DNA of 64,000 nt, taken from the NCBI GenBank assembly GCA_041665005.1, contig JBAYJR010000009.1, forward strand, positions 203 through 64,202, written 5' to 3'. The translations under genes and the position numbers were made by a program. A model generated the notes under the pieces. That model did no database searches. It saw nothing but the letters and a program-made list of their open reading frames with translations, and was not told the DNA's origin. Shown here piece after piece: positions 29,209-37,759 of the stretch (position 1 is its first letter; every line of letters starts with the position of its first letter). The DNA is from Candidatus Buchananbacteria bacterium (lineage in GTDB: Bacteria; Patescibacteriota; Patescibacteriia; 2-01-FULL-39-33; JBAYJR01).

Positions 29209-29979
29209 ATGTTTGATTCAAAATTAGCTCAGAATAAATACATTGTAGAAAATTATCAAGAAATAACCGATAGTCGCATAGATGACGATCATTGGGATAT
29301 TCCTTGCACAAGATGTAAAGTTGTGCGAGGTTTTGTCGTAACTGAGAAGAGCCGAAGTTATGATAGTACTAAATACGATTCGCAGATATCACTAAGCCAT
29401 CCCTATACCATGACATTTCATTGTCCGGTGTGTAAACTCTTTAAACTCTGGGTCGTTTTTAAACTTGACTTTATAGAGACCAGAGAGGATGGAGAAAAGT
29501 ACAATGTTAAAAAATACTATAAGGTGACTTCTCTGCCCGGTGAAGGAATAGAAGATATTGACGAATTACCGGTAGAACCACCTTCTTTAAGGGTTGCCTA
29601 TAAACAAGCGATTAGAGCCATGGATGCTAATGCTTATATTGCGGCGGCAGCCATGTTCCGTCGAGCATTACAAATTATCACCAGAGATATATTAGGCGTA
29701 ACTCCAGGAAATCTAGGTACTGAATTAATGGAAGCAGTGGGTAAAAAGTATAACGGTGCGACGATAACAACTGATTTTAGTGATATCGGGTATATAATTA
29801 AAGAAGCCGGTAATCAAGGCGCACATCCCGATCAAGATTCAGATCTATTGGATTTTTCTCCAGAAGATGCATACGATTTACAAAAGATTTTTATGGAGTT
29901 AGTAAGTGATCTTTTTGTTGTTCCGGTAGCAAACAAAAAGACACGAGAAGATTTCTTAAAACGAAGAAAGATTCAATAA
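29209..29979 (+). CDS. DUF4145 (HEPN-like) domain protein with N-terminal Zn ribbon
   Basis: CTRC/CPVC; AAAAMFRRALQ and GNQGAH motifs. Confidence 0.75.
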   Translation: MFDSKLAQNKYIVENYQEITDSRIDDDHWDIPCTRCKVVRGFVVTEKSRSYDSTKYDSQISLSHPYTMTFHCPVCKLFKLWVVFKLDFIETREDGEKYNVKKYYKVTSLPGEGIEDIDELPVEPPSLRVAYKQAIRAMDANAYIAAAAMFRRALQIITRDILGVTPGNLGTELMEAVGKKYNGATITTDFSDIGYIIKEAGNQGAHPDQDSDLLDFSPEDAYDLQKIFMELVSDLFVVPVANKKTREDFLKRRKIQ

Positions 29980-30030
29980 TATATTTATTATTTCCGCATC
30001 ATCCCTTAGCTTTAATATTAATAAAAATAT

Positions 30031-30618
30031 ATGGGATTATTCTCGTCACCAACAGAAAGACAATTGGAAAAGCATTATATTGAAATGTTTATAAATACAG
30101 TTGGTCTACCACCAACTGAGGCCACAAAGACTGTTAAAGATATTATTGCTAAAGCAAAACAAATAATTAAACAAACCGGGGAAGACAAATTTCCTGCAGA
30201 CATAGCAGAAAGAATTATTTCTGATCCGAAAATGGGGCCCGCATACGAAAGGAGAATTAAAGAAGGAGTCAGAGACGAAGATATCAGATGGTGGTGGAAT
30301 TTACAACCACTAGAAAGGCATGTAATGTTACAAGTTGATGAACTTCATAGGATGGCTTTATTTATAGAAAAAATGAAGGAGGGCAAGTCAGCAGAAGAGG
30401 CAGCGGCGATAGGAAGAAAATATCATCCGATGTTTGGTGATACTAATGATACTACTCATACGAGTGGTGATGATAGGCCTCTTCCAGAAGAGTTAAAAGA
30501 CAGGATAAATATTTACATTGAAAAGCGAGGAAAAACTGAAGAATTTAAACAAGATATAGAGAAATCAACAACCCTCAACGCCTTAATAAGAAAAGAAATT
30601 AAGGCAGGTAACCTATAA
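30031..30618 (+). CDS. Hypothetical protein (cassette cargo)
   Basis: 195-aa ORF; att-like repeat begins 4 bp after stop. Confidence 0.75.
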   Translation: MGLFSSPTERQLEKHYIEMFINTVGLPPTEATKTVKDIIAKAKQIIKQTGEDKFPADIAERIISDPKMGPAYERRIKEGVRDEDIRWWWNLQPLERHVMLQVDELHRMALFIEKMKEGKSAEEAAAIGRKYHPMFGDTNDTTHTSGDDRPLPEELKDRINIYIEKRGKTEEFKQDIEKSTTLNALIRKEIKAGNL

Positions 30619-30622
30619 AAAT

Positions 30623-30650
30623 GTTCCAACATTGTACCATAACGCTTCAG
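30623..30650. repeat. att-like repeat R1
   Basis: GTTCCAACATTGTACCATAACGCTTCAG. Confidence 0.75.
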
Positions 30651-30701
30651 GCATAGTGGCCTGGAAAGAATAGTTTACAAATCAAAACGAAGACAATTAA
30701 T

Positions 30702-31052
30702 ATGGAAAAAAATAAATTAGTTTTATCAATTTCAATCCTATTAGGGTGTATCATTGTTGGGGGCTTTATTTATGCTGTACAAGTTAATAAACAGAGGTCT
30801 ATTGAAGGGCAACAACTACTTGAGCGACAAGACGAGAGGACGCAAAAGGATTTAGAAAACAAAAGAGCCGAATTAAAGCTAAAACAAGACGAATGTGAAT
30901 CTTTATCGGATGGAGTAAGAAAGCGTTGGAACAATATAATCGGTGTTACTTATGATAGTGAGTTTTGGAAAGACTGTATTGTAACTTATACAGATACTAA
31001 AACCGGAGAAGTACAAACATCGCCACTAAAATTTATGCAAGATACTAGGTAG
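30702..31052 (+). CDS. Single-TM membrane/secreted protein (cassette cargo)
   Basis: N-terminal hydrophobic helix, coiled coil, two Cys in the extracellular part. Confidence 0.8.
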   Translation: MEKNKLVLSISILLGCIIVGGFIYAVQVNKQRSIEGQQLLERQDERTQKDLENKRAELKLKQDECESLSDGVRKRWNNIIGVTYDSEFWKDCIVTYTDTKTGEVQTSPLKFMQDTR

Positions 31053-31146
31053 CGGGGTTACCAAAAATGTCAGGCGAGAGCCAGCATCAATGCAATATAA
31101 ATACAATTTTTGTTAAGCCCCCAAGGTTTTTATTGTTTTTAACATA

Positions 31147-31174
31147 GTTCCAACATTGTCCCACAGCGCCTGCG
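31147..31174. repeat. att-like repeat R2
   Basis: GTTCCAACATTGTCCCACAGCGCCTGCG. Confidence 0.85.
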
Positions 31175-31267
31175 AGCTTGAGCGCTTTTGCGAGGTGACC
31201 GACGTCCCTGTGGAGTGCCCAAACAAAAAGTTGCCTAATGGGCGACTTTTTGGTATAATTATTTTAT

Positions 31268-31720
31268 ATGGAAAAAGAAAAGACAGATGCTTTAATTAAA
31301 AGATATCAATTGGAACATTTAGTTCCTTTTGGATTGACAGCCATCTCAATTTATTTTTGGTGTAATTATTTTCAGCAAAGTAAATTTTATTTTTTTGGTT
31401 TATTTATTAACTTTGTTGGACTGATTATCTGGTGGTCTGCAAAATTAACCTTGGCTGAAAATTGGAGTGCTGGTTATGGGAAACCACAAGTAAAAAAATT
31501 GGTAACCAGCGGTATATATTCAAAAATCAGCCATCCCTTATATTGGGGAATAAATTTATGTTTAATTGGTTTAGTTTTAATATATCCAAAAGTTTGGTTT
31601 GCAACAATTGATTTACTAATTGTTGTCTATTTTTTTGTAAGGATGAAAATCGAAGATAAGTATTTAACAAAAGCAGTTGGTAAAGAATACCAAGATTATA
31701 AAAGAAAAACGTGGATTTAA
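31268..31720 (+). CDS. Isoprenylcysteine carboxyl methyltransferase/PEMT family membrane protein (cassette cargo)
   Basis: LVTSGIYSKISHPLYWG, IEDKYL..GKEYQDY. Confidence 0.85.
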   Translation: MEKEKTDALIKRYQLEHLVPFGLTAISIYFWCNYFQQSKFYFFGLFINFVGLIIWWSAKLTLAENWSAGYGKPQVKKLVTSGIYSKISHPLYWGINLCLIGLVLIYPKVWFATIDLLIVVYFFVRMKIEDKYLTKAVGKEYQDYKRKTWI

Positions 31721-31765
31721 TAAATTTTAACAAGGCGTTAGTTTTTTTCGGGGAGTGACAAGAAC

Positions 31766-31793
31766 GTTCCAACGTTGCCCCACAACGCCTGCA
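31766..31793. repeat. att-like repeat R3
   Basis: GTTCCAACGTTGCCCCACAACGCCTGCA; last 15 nt match tRNA-Trp 3' end at 12/15. Confidence 0.85.
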
Positions 31794-31872
31794 AATTTTT
31801 TGTATTGCAGAATTATTTGTTTATAAATTAAAAACCCCAATCATTATTGATCAGGGTTTTTTGATTTTAATC

Positions 31873-32358
31873 TCACTTGAAAATATTTTTCAGTGATTCG
31901 AAAAAACTTACTGGTGCTGGTTTGGGTTTGTCCGGCGGAGAGTATTTATTAGATAAAATTGTATCATCTCTTGTCACTGCTGCACGAAGAATTAAGTTTA
32001 TAACTTCCTCGTCATTAAGTGTAAACAATCGCCGGGAACCACCATGAGTGAATTCATATTTTTCTTCAGCTGCAGAGTAGTTAATTGGCAAACAATAGGC
32101 CAAAATAGTATATGCACGGCAGGCGGCAAATGGTTTTTCTAAAAAAGCTATACATCCAAGTCCTACATCCGAGCCACTACCTCTTAATGCTAGACGGCAA
32201 CCAAAGTTTGTTTTTTTTAGTTCAAGTCTTAATTTTGGATCTAGTCTTTCATTCAGAGCATTAAATTTTTGCCACAGCAAATTCATATTATTTTTGTGTG
32301 AATTTGCCTCATAATCAGGCGCTATTCTCTTTTTGATTTCTTCTTCTTGCCAGTCCAC
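31873..32358 (-). CDS. Hypothetical protein (cassette cargo) with own promoter, SD and terminator
   Basis: GTG start with AGGAGG; TTGACA-17-TATACT at 32399-32427 on minus; hairpin at 31831-31860. Confidence 0.75.
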   Translation of the reverse strand: MDWQEEEIKKRIAPDYEANSHKNNMNLLWQKFNALNERLDPKLRLELKKTNFGCRLALRGSGSDVGLGCIAFLEKPFAACRAYTILAYCLPINYSAAEEKYEFTHGGSRRLFTLNDEEVINLILRAAVTRDDTILSNKYSPPDKPKPAPVSFFESLKNIFK

Positions 32359-32457
32359 AGTAGATTCCTCCTTTTTTGATAGTTTATTCTAACGTTTAAG
32401 TATAGTAAAGATGTTAAATTTTGTCAAGCCGTTTGTGACACTAACCGTATTATCCTA

Positions 32458-32485
32458 GTTCTAACATCCTCTATGATGCCCTGCA
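32458..32485. repeat. att-like repeat R4 (candidate outermost attR)
   Basis: GTTCTAACATCCTCTATGATGCCCTGCA; ends in CCCTGCA identical to the tRNA-Trp end and is followed by a terminator hairpin. Confidence 0.75.
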
Positions 32486-32567
32486 AGTTCCAGAAGTCGC
32501 TTAATAGGCGATTTTTTGGTATAATTATCATTATAAAAAACAAGAGTAAATAGTTAAAATACTGGAC

Positions 32568-32978
32568 ATGAAACAAAGAGCTAGAGCAATCATTGTTGAG
32601 GGAAATAAAATCTTACTGATTAATAGAATAAAAGGAAAAGAAAACTATTGGGTTTTCCCTGGTGGTGGTATTGAACCTGGTGAAAGTAAAGAAGAAGCCT
32701 TGATTAGAGAGTGTCAGGAAGAATTGGGGCTAGAAGTTAAAGTAAAAGATTTAATTTTAGAAAGAATGTCTGATAAGCCTGGGATGGAAGAACACAGAGA
32801 ATATTTTTTTACAGTAGAGGTGCTTAGCGGAAGGTTGGGATCGGGTAAAGGACCAGAATTTGAAAAAGACACAAATTATAAAGGACAATATATAATTAGT
32901 TGGGTGGATATAAAAGATTGGCCGGATATTAATCTTAAACCATTTGAGGTTAGGGATTTGGTTCTTAAGAATTTTTAA
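32568..32978 (+). CDS. NUDIX hydrolase
   Basis: PGGGIEPGESKEEALIRECQEELG Nudix box. Confidence 0.95.
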   Translation: MKQRARAIIVEGNKILLINRIKGKENYWVFPGGGIEPGESKEEALIRECQEELGLEVKVKDLILERMSDKPGMEEHREYFFTVEVLSGRLGSGKGPEFEKDTNYKGQYIISWVDIKDWPDINLKPFEVRDLVLKNF

Positions 32979-32984
32979 ATATTT

Positions 32985-33926
32985 ATGGCGAAAGAACATA
33001 GTTTAATTGGTAATAAGGGCATTGATGATTTAAAGTGGGCTCAGGATTTATTAGAGCGGGATATTGTTGAAAGCCTTCAGAAAATTAATGGCGAATTAGA
33101 AAAATCGCCAGAAGAATTGAAAGCGATTGAGAAAATTAATTTTTATCTTAATCAAGAATTAGCCACGGTGGGGCTTGATGCGGTTATAGTTGTCGAGCCG
33201 GAACGGATTCATTTTTTACCCCAAGAGATCTATAAGCAAGAAGTATTAAAAGAACACCAAGATAGCCCTGGTATTGCTTATGGTGCCATACATAAGGCAT
33301 TAATTAATGTCAATGATTCTAGTAATCGTCTAGTTAAATATAAAACTATTTTGCACGAGATGGTTCATTTGGGGTCTTTTATTAAATTACAAATTAAAGC
33401 CGATACAAAGGATCTTTATTTATTGAGGGCGGGCTATCAGAATTATCATCCACAAGAGCCAGTCCACGAGCATTTTGGAGGGCTTAATGAAGCAGTTACA
33501 GATTTAATTACTTTCAGAATTTGGTATAGAAACCGCGAAGCCCTAATGAAAGAATTTAGTATTAGTCAAGAAGAGGTAGCAGAAGCTAAGCCCGCAAGCT
33601 ATGAGGCTTATTTTCAAGTTTTAGTTAAGATAATTAAGGGTGTAGCAAGTCAAAATAATTTAGTAGAAAATAAGATTTGGGATAAATTGGTTAAAAACTA
33701 TTTTACAGGCGAAGTTATGTTTTTGCGCGAGGTAGAAAAAACTTTTGGCAAAGGATCACTTCGGATTTTGGCAGCTATGGGTTCGGCAGAAAAAGTGAAT
33801 TCTGAAGAAAATTATAAAAAACAAAGTGAATTTTTTTCTAATATTAATGAAGAGCGTCGGCAAGAATTAGCCAAAGAAATTTTAAGTGAGCAAGAGTGGT
33901 TGAAATATCAAGAAAGACGTAACTAA
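32985..33926 (+). CDS. Putative zincin-like metallopeptidase
   Basis: ILHEMVH and GLNEAVTD motifs. Confidence 0.65.
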   Translation: MAKEHSLIGNKGIDDLKWAQDLLERDIVESLQKINGELEKSPEELKAIEKINFYLNQELATVGLDAVIVVEPERIHFLPQEIYKQEVLKEHQDSPGIAYGAIHKALINVNDSSNRLVKYKTILHEMVHLGSFIKLQIKADTKDLYLLRAGYQNYHPQEPVHEHFGGLNEAVTDLITFRIWYRNREALMKEFSISQEEVAEAKPASYEAYFQVLVKIIKGVASQNNLVENKIWDKLVKNYFTGEVMFLREVEKTFGKGSLRILAAMGSAEKVNSEENYKKQSEFFSNINEERRQELAKEILSEQEWLKYQERRN

Positions 33927-34111
33927 TTTTATTGGGATTATAATTAGTATGAGTTTTTGTAAGTTCTAGAAAGTCGCCAGTGTGGCGATTTTTTGGTATA
34001 ATAGCTATAGAGAACAGTAGGTGATTAAGGTGATATTAAAAAACCTTTATTCTAGAGGTAATGCCTTGGGATTTTACGGAGTTGCCAATTAATTAATAAT
34101 TTTTTTAAAAA

Positions 34112-34312
34112 ATGGAAGAAAAAATTTTAGAAAATTTGGCCTTGCAGGATAAAAAACTCGATAACATTTATCGTTCAGTGGAAAAGACGCGGAAATATTT
34201 TTTATGGACGTTGATTATTACAGTCGCTATGGTGGTCTTGCCGCTAATTGGAATCGCCTTGGTGATTCCCGCTTTTTTGCAGTCGTTTAATCTTACGGGT
34301 TTGGGTTTATAG
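34112..34312 (+). CDS. Small membrane protein
   Basis: IYRSVEKTRKYFLWT followed by TM helix. Confidence 0.8.
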   Translation: MEEKILENLALQDKKLDNIYRSVEKTRKYFLWTLIITVAMVVLPLIGIALVIPAFLQSFNLTGLGL

Positions 34313-34323
34313 TTTTTATTTTT

Positions 34324-35730
34324 ATGAAAATAACTTTTTTTGGCGCCGCGCAAAACGTTACTGGTTCAAAACATCTTTTGGAATCGGGAGATTGCCGGCT
34401 ACTGTTGGATTGTGGTATGTATCAAGGCAAACGACAAGAAGCTTACGACTTGAATCAGTCGCTACCGTTTAGCTCAGAGCAGGTTAACGCGGTAATTTTA
34501 TCTCATGCTCATGCGGATCATTGCGGTTTGTTGCCATTGTTGGTTAAAAATGGTTATAATCATAAAATTTTTGCTACTTCCGCGACCGTTGATGTGGCCC
34601 GGCTAATTATGCTCGATTCAGCCAAGATTCAGCAGTCTGATTATCAACATTTAACCGAGTTGGGGCCAGCCAATAAAAAAGTATTATTACCGTTGTATAC
34701 AGCCGAAGACGTAGAAAAGACCTGCGCTCAGTTTGAAATTTTACCTTACGCAAAACAAACTAAAGAGTGGCACCAATTTAATCAGTTTTGCCGTTTTAAG
34801 TTATATGAGGCTGGGCATATTCTGGGTTCGGCCGTAACAGTTGTCCAGGTCACCGAATCTGGTGTGGTTAAAAATTTAGCGTATACCGGAGATTTAGGCA
34901 ATACCAATGTGCCACTTTTGCCCGAGCCAGAACAAATTGTTGAACCGATTGAAACTTTAATTAGTGAGTGTACTTACGGTGATAAAAATCATCAACCACT
35001 AGCGGAAGTAGCCGGCCGGTTAAAAGAAATTATTCGCGACGCGGTTAAACATCAGCGTAAGATTATTGTTCCGGCTTTTGCTCTGGGGCGAACTCAGGAA
35101 TTAATTTATATTTTGCATAAGCTTTATCATCAAGGGGAAATTCCTATAATTCCCATTTATTTAGATAGTCCTTTGGCTAGCAGTATTACCGAAGTATTTT
35201 CTAAGCATAGCGAAGATTTTGATCAGGCCACTTGGACAGATTTTCTTAGTCAGCATGAATCACCATTTGCTTTTCAGAATTTACATTATGTTCAGACCAA
35301 TGAGGAATCAAAAGCTTTAGCTAATTCTCATGGTCCCTTTATGGTGATTGCTTCTTCTGGTATGGCCGAAGGGGGACGGATTTTGCATCATTTGGAATGT
35401 AGTATTGGCGATCCAGAAGCTGTTATTTTAATAACCGGTTATCAAGCTGAGCAAACTTTGGGTCGGAAAATACAGGAGGGTTTGACGCCGGTGAGAATTT
35501 ATGATCGTTTACATGTTGTTCGGGCCAAAATTTTAACTTTTAATGAATTCAGCGCTCACGCTGATCAAACGGGGTTGTTAAGTTATATTTCCGCCCTTAA
35601 GGGCTTGCAAAGAGTTTTTTTAGTGCATACTGAATTACCCCAAGCAGCAGTGTTTAAAAATTTGCTTAAGCAACGATTTCCTAAGTTGGAAGTGATAATT
35701 CCGGCCAGGGGAGAAAGTTTTGAAATTTAA
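34324..35730 (+). CDS. MBL-fold/beta-CASP ribonuclease
   Basis: GAAQNVTGS, SHAHADHCG, AGHILGS, FSAHAD. Confidence 0.95.
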   Translation: MKITFFGAAQNVTGSKHLLESGDCRLLLDCGMYQGKRQEAYDLNQSLPFSSEQVNAVILSHAHADHCGLLPLLVKNGYNHKIFATSATVDVARLIMLDSAKIQQSDYQHLTELGPANKKVLLPLYTAEDVEKTCAQFEILPYAKQTKEWHQFNQFCRFKLYEAGHILGSAVTVVQVTESGVVKNLAYTGDLGNTNVPLLPEPEQIVEPIETLISECTYGDKNHQPLAEVAGRLKEIIRDAVKHQRKIIVPAFALGRTQELIYILHKLYHQGEIPIIPIYLDSPLASSITEVFSKHSEDFDQATWTDFLSQHESPFAFQNLHYVQTNEESKALANSHGPFMVIASSGMAEGGRILHHLECSIGDPEAVILITGYQAEQTLGRKIQEGLTPVRIYDRLHVVRAKILTFNEFSAHADQTGLLSYISALKGLQRVFLVHTELPQAAVFKNLLKQRFPKLEVIIPARGESFEI

Positions 35731-35741
35731 GTTTTTAGCTA

Positions 35742-36485
35742 ATGAAAAAATTAATAATAATTATTAGCGCCGTCTTAATTTTATTTATTGCCTATTTGGT
35801 GGTGGTAAATTACACTATTTATCAAAGAATTAGCAAAGTAGGGTTGACCATGCCAGATACCCAGGGGGAGTATATTATTGATAATCAGCAAAAGGAGCAA
35901 GCGAGGTTTGGTTATTCCGCTTTAGGTGATAGTTTAACGGCTGGGGTGGGAGTAGCAAGCTACAAAGATTCTTTTCCTTTTAAGTTGGCACAAAAGTTGG
36001 CGGTTAATCATGGTTCGGTTGTTTTATATGATCGGGCCTATCCGGGTGCCAGAACCAGCGATTTGCTTAAAAATTTATTACCCGCTGCGATTAAGGATCA
36101 GCCGGCCATTATTACTTTGCTCATTGGAGTGAATGATATCCACGGCCGGGTGTCTAAAATAGAATTTGCTAAAAATTATGCAGAGATTTTAGGACAACTT
36201 AAAACAAAGACTAGGGCTAAGATTTTTGCAATTAGTATTCCTTATTTAGGAACTGATAGTTTGTTATGGCCGCCGTTTAATTGGTATTTTAAGGATCAAA
36301 CCATCGCCTATAATAAAATAATAAAAAAATTAGCCGCCGAAAATAATATTCAATATATTGATTTGTACACGCCGACAGCTGAAATGTTTAAAAACCCAGT
36401 TTGGGTTGCAACGGATTTGTTTCATCCTTCGGCTAAAGGTTATAACTTGTGGACGGAAATAATTTATGCCAATTTTAATAATTGA
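35742..36485 (+). CDS. SGNH/GDSL hydrolase, membrane anchored
   Basis: GDSLT, GVND, DLFHPS. Confidence 0.92.
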   Translation: MKKLIIIISAVLILFIAYLVVVNYTIYQRISKVGLTMPDTQGEYIIDNQQKEQARFGYSALGDSLTAGVGVASYKDSFPFKLAQKLAVNHGSVVLYDRAYPGARTSDLLKNLLPAAIKDQPAIITLLIGVNDIHGRVSKIEFAKNYAEILGQLKTKTRAKIFAISIPYLGTDSLLWPPFNWYFKDQTIAYNKIIKKLAAENNIQYIDLYTPTAEMFKNPVWVATDLFHPSAKGYNLWTEIIYANFNN

Positions 36486-37653
36486 CCCGCTAGTTTCAAC
36501 TAAAATATTTATTGCGATTTTTGTTTTAGGGTTACTGTGGTCATTGCGCCGTAAAAATTATGCGGAATTATTTCCGCCTAGGCTAACTCAAGAGCTTAAA
36601 GGGTTGGCGATTTTAGCGGTGGTTTTTTCTCATGTGGGTTATTTTTTAGCGACTGATCATCGTTTTTTATTTCCGCTGTCTATTTTGGCCGGCGTGGGGG
36701 TGGATTTATTTTTATTTTTATCCGGCTATGGTTTAACGATTAGTGCTCTTAAAAACAAATTGTCCGCTGGCAAATTTTATTATAAATATTTTTTAAAATT
36801 ATTAATTCCTTTTTGGTTGGTAACTTTTTGTTTGTTATGTTTAGATTTCTTTTGGCTGCATCTGGTTTATACTTGGCCGTATATCATCCGGTCTTGGTTT
36901 GGTATTTTTACGCGCGCTGATCTATTTTTAGACATTAACTCACCATTTTGGTTTTTAACGCCACTGCTCTTTTATTATTTAATTTTTCCGTGGATTTTTT
37001 GCAAACAACATCCCTGGTTGACGGCGGTTATTATTTATGTCGGCTCGTATTTTGTTTTACAACTAAATCTTCCGGTCTCTAGTGGGGTTTTAGATTTGTA
37101 TCAGTTGCATTTTTTAGCTTTTCCGTTGGGTGTCGCCGTAGCTGCTTTATTTTCTAAGTTTGGTTATGTTAAAGATTCGTTAGCAATTAAGCGGGGATTT
37201 ATTTTTGCCAAACTAAAACCGCTAGTTGGGTTAGAAATAATCCTGGCTAAACTTAGAACACCCGGAGTTTTTTGGCAAAGCTTAAAAATTATTAAGCAGC
37301 TAGCTTACTATGCAGTTTTAATTGGTTGGTTAGGATTAATTGGTTATTTGGCTTATCATTCGGGGGTCGGCAAAAGTTTAGGCACGGAGCGCTTGATTAG
37401 TTTAATTACAGTTGGTTTGATAGTTGGTTTTTTTGTAATAAATAAATTTGAAAGCAAGCTGCTTGTTTGGTTTGGTTTTTATGCTTATGAAATTTATTTA
37501 ATACATTGGCCGCTAATGTCGCGCTATGATTTTTTGTTTAAATGGTTACCTGGCTGGCTGGCGATGATTCTTTATCTTGGTCTTTTTTTAGCTTTGGCTG
37601 GGGGGTTGAAAAAAATTTCTGATAAAATTCAACGGCTAAAAATTTTAAATTGA
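36466..37653 (+). CDS. Acyltransferase-3 family membrane protein
   Basis: LKGLAILAVVFSH, GVDLFLFLSGYG, YEIYLIH. Confidence 0.92.
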   Translation: MPILIIDPLVSTKIFIAIFVLGLLWSLRRKNYAELFPPRLTQELKGLAILAVVFSHVGYFLATDHRFLFPLSILAGVGVDLFLFLSGYGLTISALKNKLSAGKFYYKYFLKLLIPFWLVTFCLLCLDFFWLHLVYTWPYIIRSWFGIFTRADLFLDINSPFWFLTPLLFYYLIFPWIFCKQHPWLTAVIIYVGSYFVLQLNLPVSSGVLDLYQLHFLAFPLGVAVAALFSKFGYVKDSLAIKRGFIFAKLKPLVGLEIILAKLRTPGVFWQSLKIIKQLAYYAVLIGWLGLIGYLAYHSGVGKSLGTERLISLITVGLIVGFFVINKFESKLLVWFGFYAYEIYLIHWPLMSRYDFLFKWLPGWLAMILYLGLFLALAGGLKKISDKIQRLKILN

Positions 37654-37712
37654 GATAATTATTTTATTTGTTCTAGGGCTGTTTTTTGGTTTAAATGGTT
37701 AAAAATGGTTTT

Positions 37713-37737
37713 AACTGCCTAATTAGGCAGTTTTTTT
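37713..37737. terminator. Terminator between convergent genes
   Basis: Palindrome AACTGCCTAATTAGGCAGTT with T run. Confidence 0.65.
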
Positions 37738-37759
37738 AATTAAATATCAAAAGCGGTAT

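Larger units (their letters stand above)
24869..32485. mobile_element. tRNA-Trp-integrated element: serine recombinase + HUH Rep + HicBA + att-delimited cargo cassettes (may extend to about 34.0 kb)
   Basis: Recombinase overlapping tRNA 3' end, Rep, TA pair, AGA/ATA/GGA-rich codon usage unlike flanks, four att-like repeats; CCCTGCA of the tRNA end recurs at 32479-32485. Confidence 0.85.

Noticed and set aside
31527-31772. 81-aa minus-strand ORF overlapping the ICMT gene and R3
   Set aside because: Antisense shadow ORF in a different frame from the recombinase tail, with no recognisable motifs.
30623-32485. Repeats R1-R4 as a CRISPR array
   Set aside because: Spacers are 0.5-0.7 kb and contain genes, repeats are degenerate, and there are no cas genes.
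30623-32485. Classical integron attC sites
   Set aside because: No IntI tyrosine recombinase in the window and no long RYYYAAC..GTTRRRY imperfect palindrome; the repeats instead match the tRNA end and the recombinase frame.
24884-34400. Absence of secE-nusG after rpmG-tRNA-Trp as an island-caused rearrangement
   Set aside because: Cannot be tested within the window; these genes may simply lie elsewhere in this lineage.
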